This document shows positions 60,934-64,000 of a stretch of 64,000 bases of DNA, piece by piece. The DNA lies in NCBI GenBank assembly GCA_963799485.1, contig CAWCXJ010000013.1, positions 256,001 through 320,000 of the forward strand, written 5' to 3'. The notes under the pieces were generated by a model that was not told the DNA's origin, did not search any database, and saw only the letters and a program-made list of their open reading frames with translations. Within the stretch, counting starts at the first letter, position 1, and the number at the start of each line of letters is the position of its first letter. The stretch comes from an uncultured Trueperaceae bacterium (GTDB lineage Bacteria > Deinococcota > Deinococci > Deinococcales > Trueperaceae). Made by a program: the position numbers and the translations under genes.

Positions 60934-61848
60934 TTAGGGCAGGTTCGCGGCCCACTCGAGAATCGCCGCGTTGGCTTCTTCTGGAGCCTCGATAATTGCC
61001 GCGTGTGCCCCACCCGGCGGCAAAACCAGTGCCGAGTTCAAGATAGCTTCATTCATCGACTGAGCGATCTCATACGGATAGAGCGTGTCTTCGACACCGG
61101 TCAAGATCAGTGTGGGCACCGTGATTTCCGCAAGCGTAGCGGTCGAGTCGGGCCGCGTCTCGAGCGCTTTAGCTCCCGCAACCGCCGCGGCTTGCGACGC
61201 CTCTTTCATCAGATCACCGAGGTACGTGACCAGCTCAGGGTTACTCATACGGGTAGCGGCAGTCAACATGTCGGGTATTAAAAAATCGACGAGCGACGCC
61301 ACCCCCGTCGTTTCGGCCTGCTTCGCTACCCCTTGCCACAGGCCCGCTTCGGCCGGACTTGCAGCAGCGGCGATAGTATCGATCAGCACCATGCCGCGAA
61401 AGCGCTCCGGCGCTTCACGGTACATCTCGAACACAATCGGCCCACCCATCGACATACCGCCGATAAGCGCCCGGTCAACCCCTATCTCGTCCATAACCGC
61501 AAACACGTCTGCCGCGTAAATGGCTACCGACCCTTCGCGGTTTGGCGTTTCGCTCCGACCGTAACCACGCAAGTCGAGCGTAATGACCTGATACTGCTCG
61601 GAAAGTGGCCCGACGTTTTCGCGGAACAGGCCGCCGTTTAGCGGGTAGCCGTGAACCAAAACCAGCGGCTCACCTTCACCCTGAACTTCGTAGTAGATGC
61701 GCGCCCCGTCTGCTGTCGTCACAAAGCTGCCTACAGCCGCCGCGCCACCACTCATCATGCCACCGCTCGCCATACCGCCACTCACCGTCTGCGCCGCAAC
61801 GACGTTGAGAAGTAAAGCTGCGGCAAGACCAATCACCAATTTGAGCAT
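60934..61848 (-). CDS. Secreted alpha/beta hydrolase
   Basis: Signal peptide; LVHGYP, DLRGYG, GMSMGG and GAH motifs; SGGM repeat linker. Confidence 0.9.
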   Translation of the reverse strand: MLKLVIGLAAALLLNVVAAQTVSGGMASGGMMSGGAAAVGSFVTTADGARIYYEVQGEGEPLVLVHGYPLNGGLFRENVGPLSEQYQVITLDLRGYGRSETPNREGSVAIYAADVFAVMDEIGVDRALIGGMSMGGPIVFEMYREAPERFRGMVLIDTIAAAASPAEAGLWQGVAKQAETTGVASLVDFLIPDMLTAATRMSNPELVTYLGDLMKEASQAAAVAGAKALETRPDSTATLAEITVPTLILTGVEDTLYPYEIAQSMNEAILNSALVLPPGGAHAAIIEAPEEANAAILEWAANLP

Positions 61849-61992
61849 TGTTGCCCCCTTGTAAACTTTCCCCCGACGTTCTCGAGTATGACAGGTCTAG
61901 GACGACCTGCACTGAAGGGTGAGGTACATTCAAGCGGCTTAGTAGATATGTCGACGGGGCGTTGGCTCAAGCTACCGAAGCCGAGAAACCCG

Positions 61993-62310
61993 TTACTCGA
62001 GCCGCCGCACCTCAGAGACTTGCAGCTCCCCATTACGCAGCATGCCCTGAACATAAACGGTGTCGCCTGCCTGAAGCGCCGTAAGCGGCAACGTCTCGCC
62101 TGTACCGGTACGCACCCCGTCTTCGGGTACTACAAGGCTCAGCAGGGGGGTTCCGGGGGTCCGCTCGAGGTGGAGCGTCGAAACTTCAGGCGACACGCCG
62201 ACGACGACGCCGCGAAACGCCGTCGATTGTTGAGCGAGCGGCGCGGGGCAGCACGCGGCGAGCAGCACAGATAGTAACAGTAGTACAACCGAAAAAGGCC
62301 AAACCTTCAT
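61993..62310 (-). CDS. Small lipoprotein (OB-fold/DUF5666-like)
   Basis: LAAC lipobox; LQAGDTVYVQG; TAAGCT-N6-ATG start. Confidence 0.7.
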   Translation of the reverse strand: MKVWPFSVVLLLLSVLLAACCPAPLAQQSTAFRGVVVGVSPEVSTLHLERTPGTPLLSLVVPEDGVRTGTGETLPLTALQAGDTVYVQGMLRNGELQVSEVRRLE

Positions 62311-62361
62311 AGCGAAAGCTTAGCCTTTATTTGCCTAGGCAACGTGAGCGTCGTTACGCCG

Positions 62362-62541
62362 CTAGTAACCGTCGTATTCGCATACCGAGCGTTGCCAGAT
62401 ACGTTTGGAGATGTTTTGCAAAATCTTGGTCTGCTGCGTCGTCGAAATCGTATTGGTTTCCTTTACGCTCTGCGACAAGGCGATAAGTTGTTTGAGCGTC
62501 AGGTCGCGGTTTAGAAGGTGGTCGACTTGCTGAGCGGTCAT
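62362..62541 (-). CDS. Small hypothetical protein (59 aa), absent from the ORF track
   Basis: GAGGAGG RBS 6 nt before ATG; MTAQQVDHLLNRDLTLKQLIALSQSVKETNTISTTQQTKILQNISKRIWQRSVCEYDGY. Confidence 0.6.
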   Translation of the reverse strand: MTAQQVDHLLNRDLTLKQLIALSQSVKETNTISTTQQTKILQNISKRIWQRSVCEYDGY

Positions 62542-62881
62542 CGCTAACCTCCTCGGTCAAGCATGGAGCTGAGTCCCGACAAAACACCGTTTGCGGCCAA
62601 AACGGATGGCTTGCTTTCACGCTTAGTTTACGACAAATAACAGTTTACGCTTTTTGTATACTTAAGAAGCAAGTACAACAACGTAAGAAAAGTCACACGT
62701 GATTTGGAGCCGGAACTGAGCAAGTAGTCGCGTTTCAAATACCTGCGCCAAGACATAAAAAAGTGAGATTCAAACCAAACATCGGGGTATTCTTAAGCCC
62801 GTCTTGCAGCTACTCGAGCCCTCAAGCACCCAGTCGGAGCAAGCAAGCAACCGAGAGTTCAATATACCCTGCTACGGTGCG

Positions 62882-63211
62882 CTAAAGCTTGGCAAACTCT
62901 TCAACGTCGAGAATGAAAACCGTCGCGCCGCCGACGGTAACCTCGATGGGTTCGTTCGGCATGACCGGGCCCATCTCGCTCATGTGCGGCAAGGGCCTGA
63001 GCATTTTGCTTCGTTCGCGGCAAACGTCGTGGATGACCGCCTTGACGCGCGTGACTTCGTGGTCTTCGACACCGACGATAAAGGTGGTGTTGCCTTCGCG
63101 CAAAAAGCCGCCGCTCGAGGCGAGTTTGGTCGAGCGTAAGCCCCGTTCGCTCAGGGCGTTTTGCAACTTCCCGGCGTCGGCATCCTGAACGATGGTCACG
63201 ATAAGCTTCAC
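62882..63211 (-). CDS. darA: PII-like cyclic-di-AMP receptor (DarA/PstA)
   Basis: MKLIVTIVQDAD, TKLASSGGFLREGNTT and VGGATVF motifs; TAGACT-N6-GTG start. Confidence 0.92.
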   Translation of the reverse strand: MKLIVTIVQDADAGKLQNALSERGLRSTKLASSGGFLREGNTTFIVGVEDHEVTRVKAVIHDVCRERSKMLRPLPHMSEMGPVMPNEPIEVTVGGATVFILDVEEFAKL

Positions 63212-63302
63212 GAACCTAGTCTAGCACGGCTGCCGCTGTTGTAAAACGGTTTTTCTACAAAAGAGATGGTTGGGACTGAAGTATCCCGGAGTACGAAGCA
63301 GG

Positions 63303-63873
63303 ACTAAACAACACACCGACTAAAGTCGGAGGGTTTGAGACGACGCCTGAAAGTCGGGATACGGGTCGTAGACCCGTTAGTCCTCCGTCTTGAAGTTGTC
63401 GTCCCGAGTCGGTTCCAAGTGGTGTTCCAAGTAGCTCTTGATCATCTCCTCCGTTTCCTGCCCGACGGTCGCATAAAAGTATCCCCTCGCCCGGAAGTGT
63501 CTGCCCCAATATCGCCCTTTCAGCTTTGGAAACTCCTCGAACAGCTTGCTCGCACTTCGTCCCTCGATTCGCCGCATGATCTCGCTTGGGGCCAGCGTCG
63601 GCGGAGCGCTTACCAAGATGTGTACATGCTCGCTACTGACTACCCCACTCAGTATCCGTATCTCGAACGCCTCGCAGGTTTGCCGTACCAGTTCTCGCAC
63701 TCGCTCGGCAGCGTCACCCTTGAGTACCTTGTAGCGGTACTTCGTCACCCAGACAAAATGGTACTCGATGTTGAAAACCGTGTGACTCCCACAGCGATAC
63801 TCCACCCCCTAAGGCTGGCAGATGAAATCTGACCGCCTAAAGGCGGTGGCTTGAACCTTACGCTTGGAATAGT
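63303..63873 (-). mobile_element. IS200/IS605-family element, tnpA only (ends approximate)
   Basis: Subterminal hairpins ACCGCCT-AA-AGGCGGT (63832-63847) and CCGACT-AA-AGTCGG (63316-63329) flank tnpA. Confidence 0.85.
63377..63805 (-). CDS. tnpA: Y1 HUH transposase
   Basis: YHFVWVTKYR, HVH, RGYF and IKSYLE motifs. Confidence 0.95.
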   Translation of the reverse strand: MEYRCGSHTVFNIEYHFVWVTKYRYKVLKGDAAERVRELVRQTCEAFEIRILSGVVSSEHVHILVSAPPTLAPSEIMRRIEGRSASKLFEEFPKLKGRYWGRHFRARGYFYATVGQETEEMIKSYLEHHLEPTRDDNFKTED

Positions 63874-64000
63874 CACGGGGCAAGAAACAAACGCGAGCCC
63901 AAGGTTCTGTGAGGATTTTCCCCTGACACCCGGTTTGCTTCAGGGACTGGCTGAAGACTCTACGTAGATGAAGATTGTCAAGCTGAACAAACGGTTAAAA

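Noticed and set aside
62354..62620. 88-aa ORF from the track
   Set aside because: No RBS; the overlapping 59-aa frame has a strong SD and more protein-like sequence

Overview
A gene-dense, GC-rich (about 58-60% by eye) bacterial chromosomal segment. It is most likely Deinococcota (Truepera-like). This is an inference from a Deinococcus-type CrtO, pervasive leaderless TANNNT-N5-8-start promoters and strong CTCGAG over-representation. In order it holds: ispG; crtB; a carotenoid tailoring operon (crtO, GNAT, a CrtYc-CrtYd-CruF fusion, cruD, cruC, crtD); a small accessory islet (PD-(D/E)xK-like protein, a hypothetical, and two tandem paralogous basic/acidic two-gene cassettes resembling a toxin-antitoxin family); an AbiTii-like gene; a GH42 beta-galactosidase/ABC sugar operon with a LacI-type operator; gnd; two c-di-GMP enzymes flanking a tyrosine recombinase; pxpA-pxpBC; tctCBA; an aldehyde dehydrogenase with DUF779; a CstR-like persulfide detoxification locus bounded by pseudogene debris; glpK; rlmB; dnaJ-hspR with a HAIR operator; yebC-nnrE; darA; and a minimal IS200/IS605 element. 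No rRNA, tRNA or CRISPR array was seen. The best novelty candidates are the duplicated basic/acidic cassettes (14466-15395), a ~35-bp element recurring in four intergenic regions, the HIP1-like CTCGAG excess, the cyclase-hydratase fusion and a Glu-less metzincin-like membrane protein. All family assignments come from motif recognition, not database searches.
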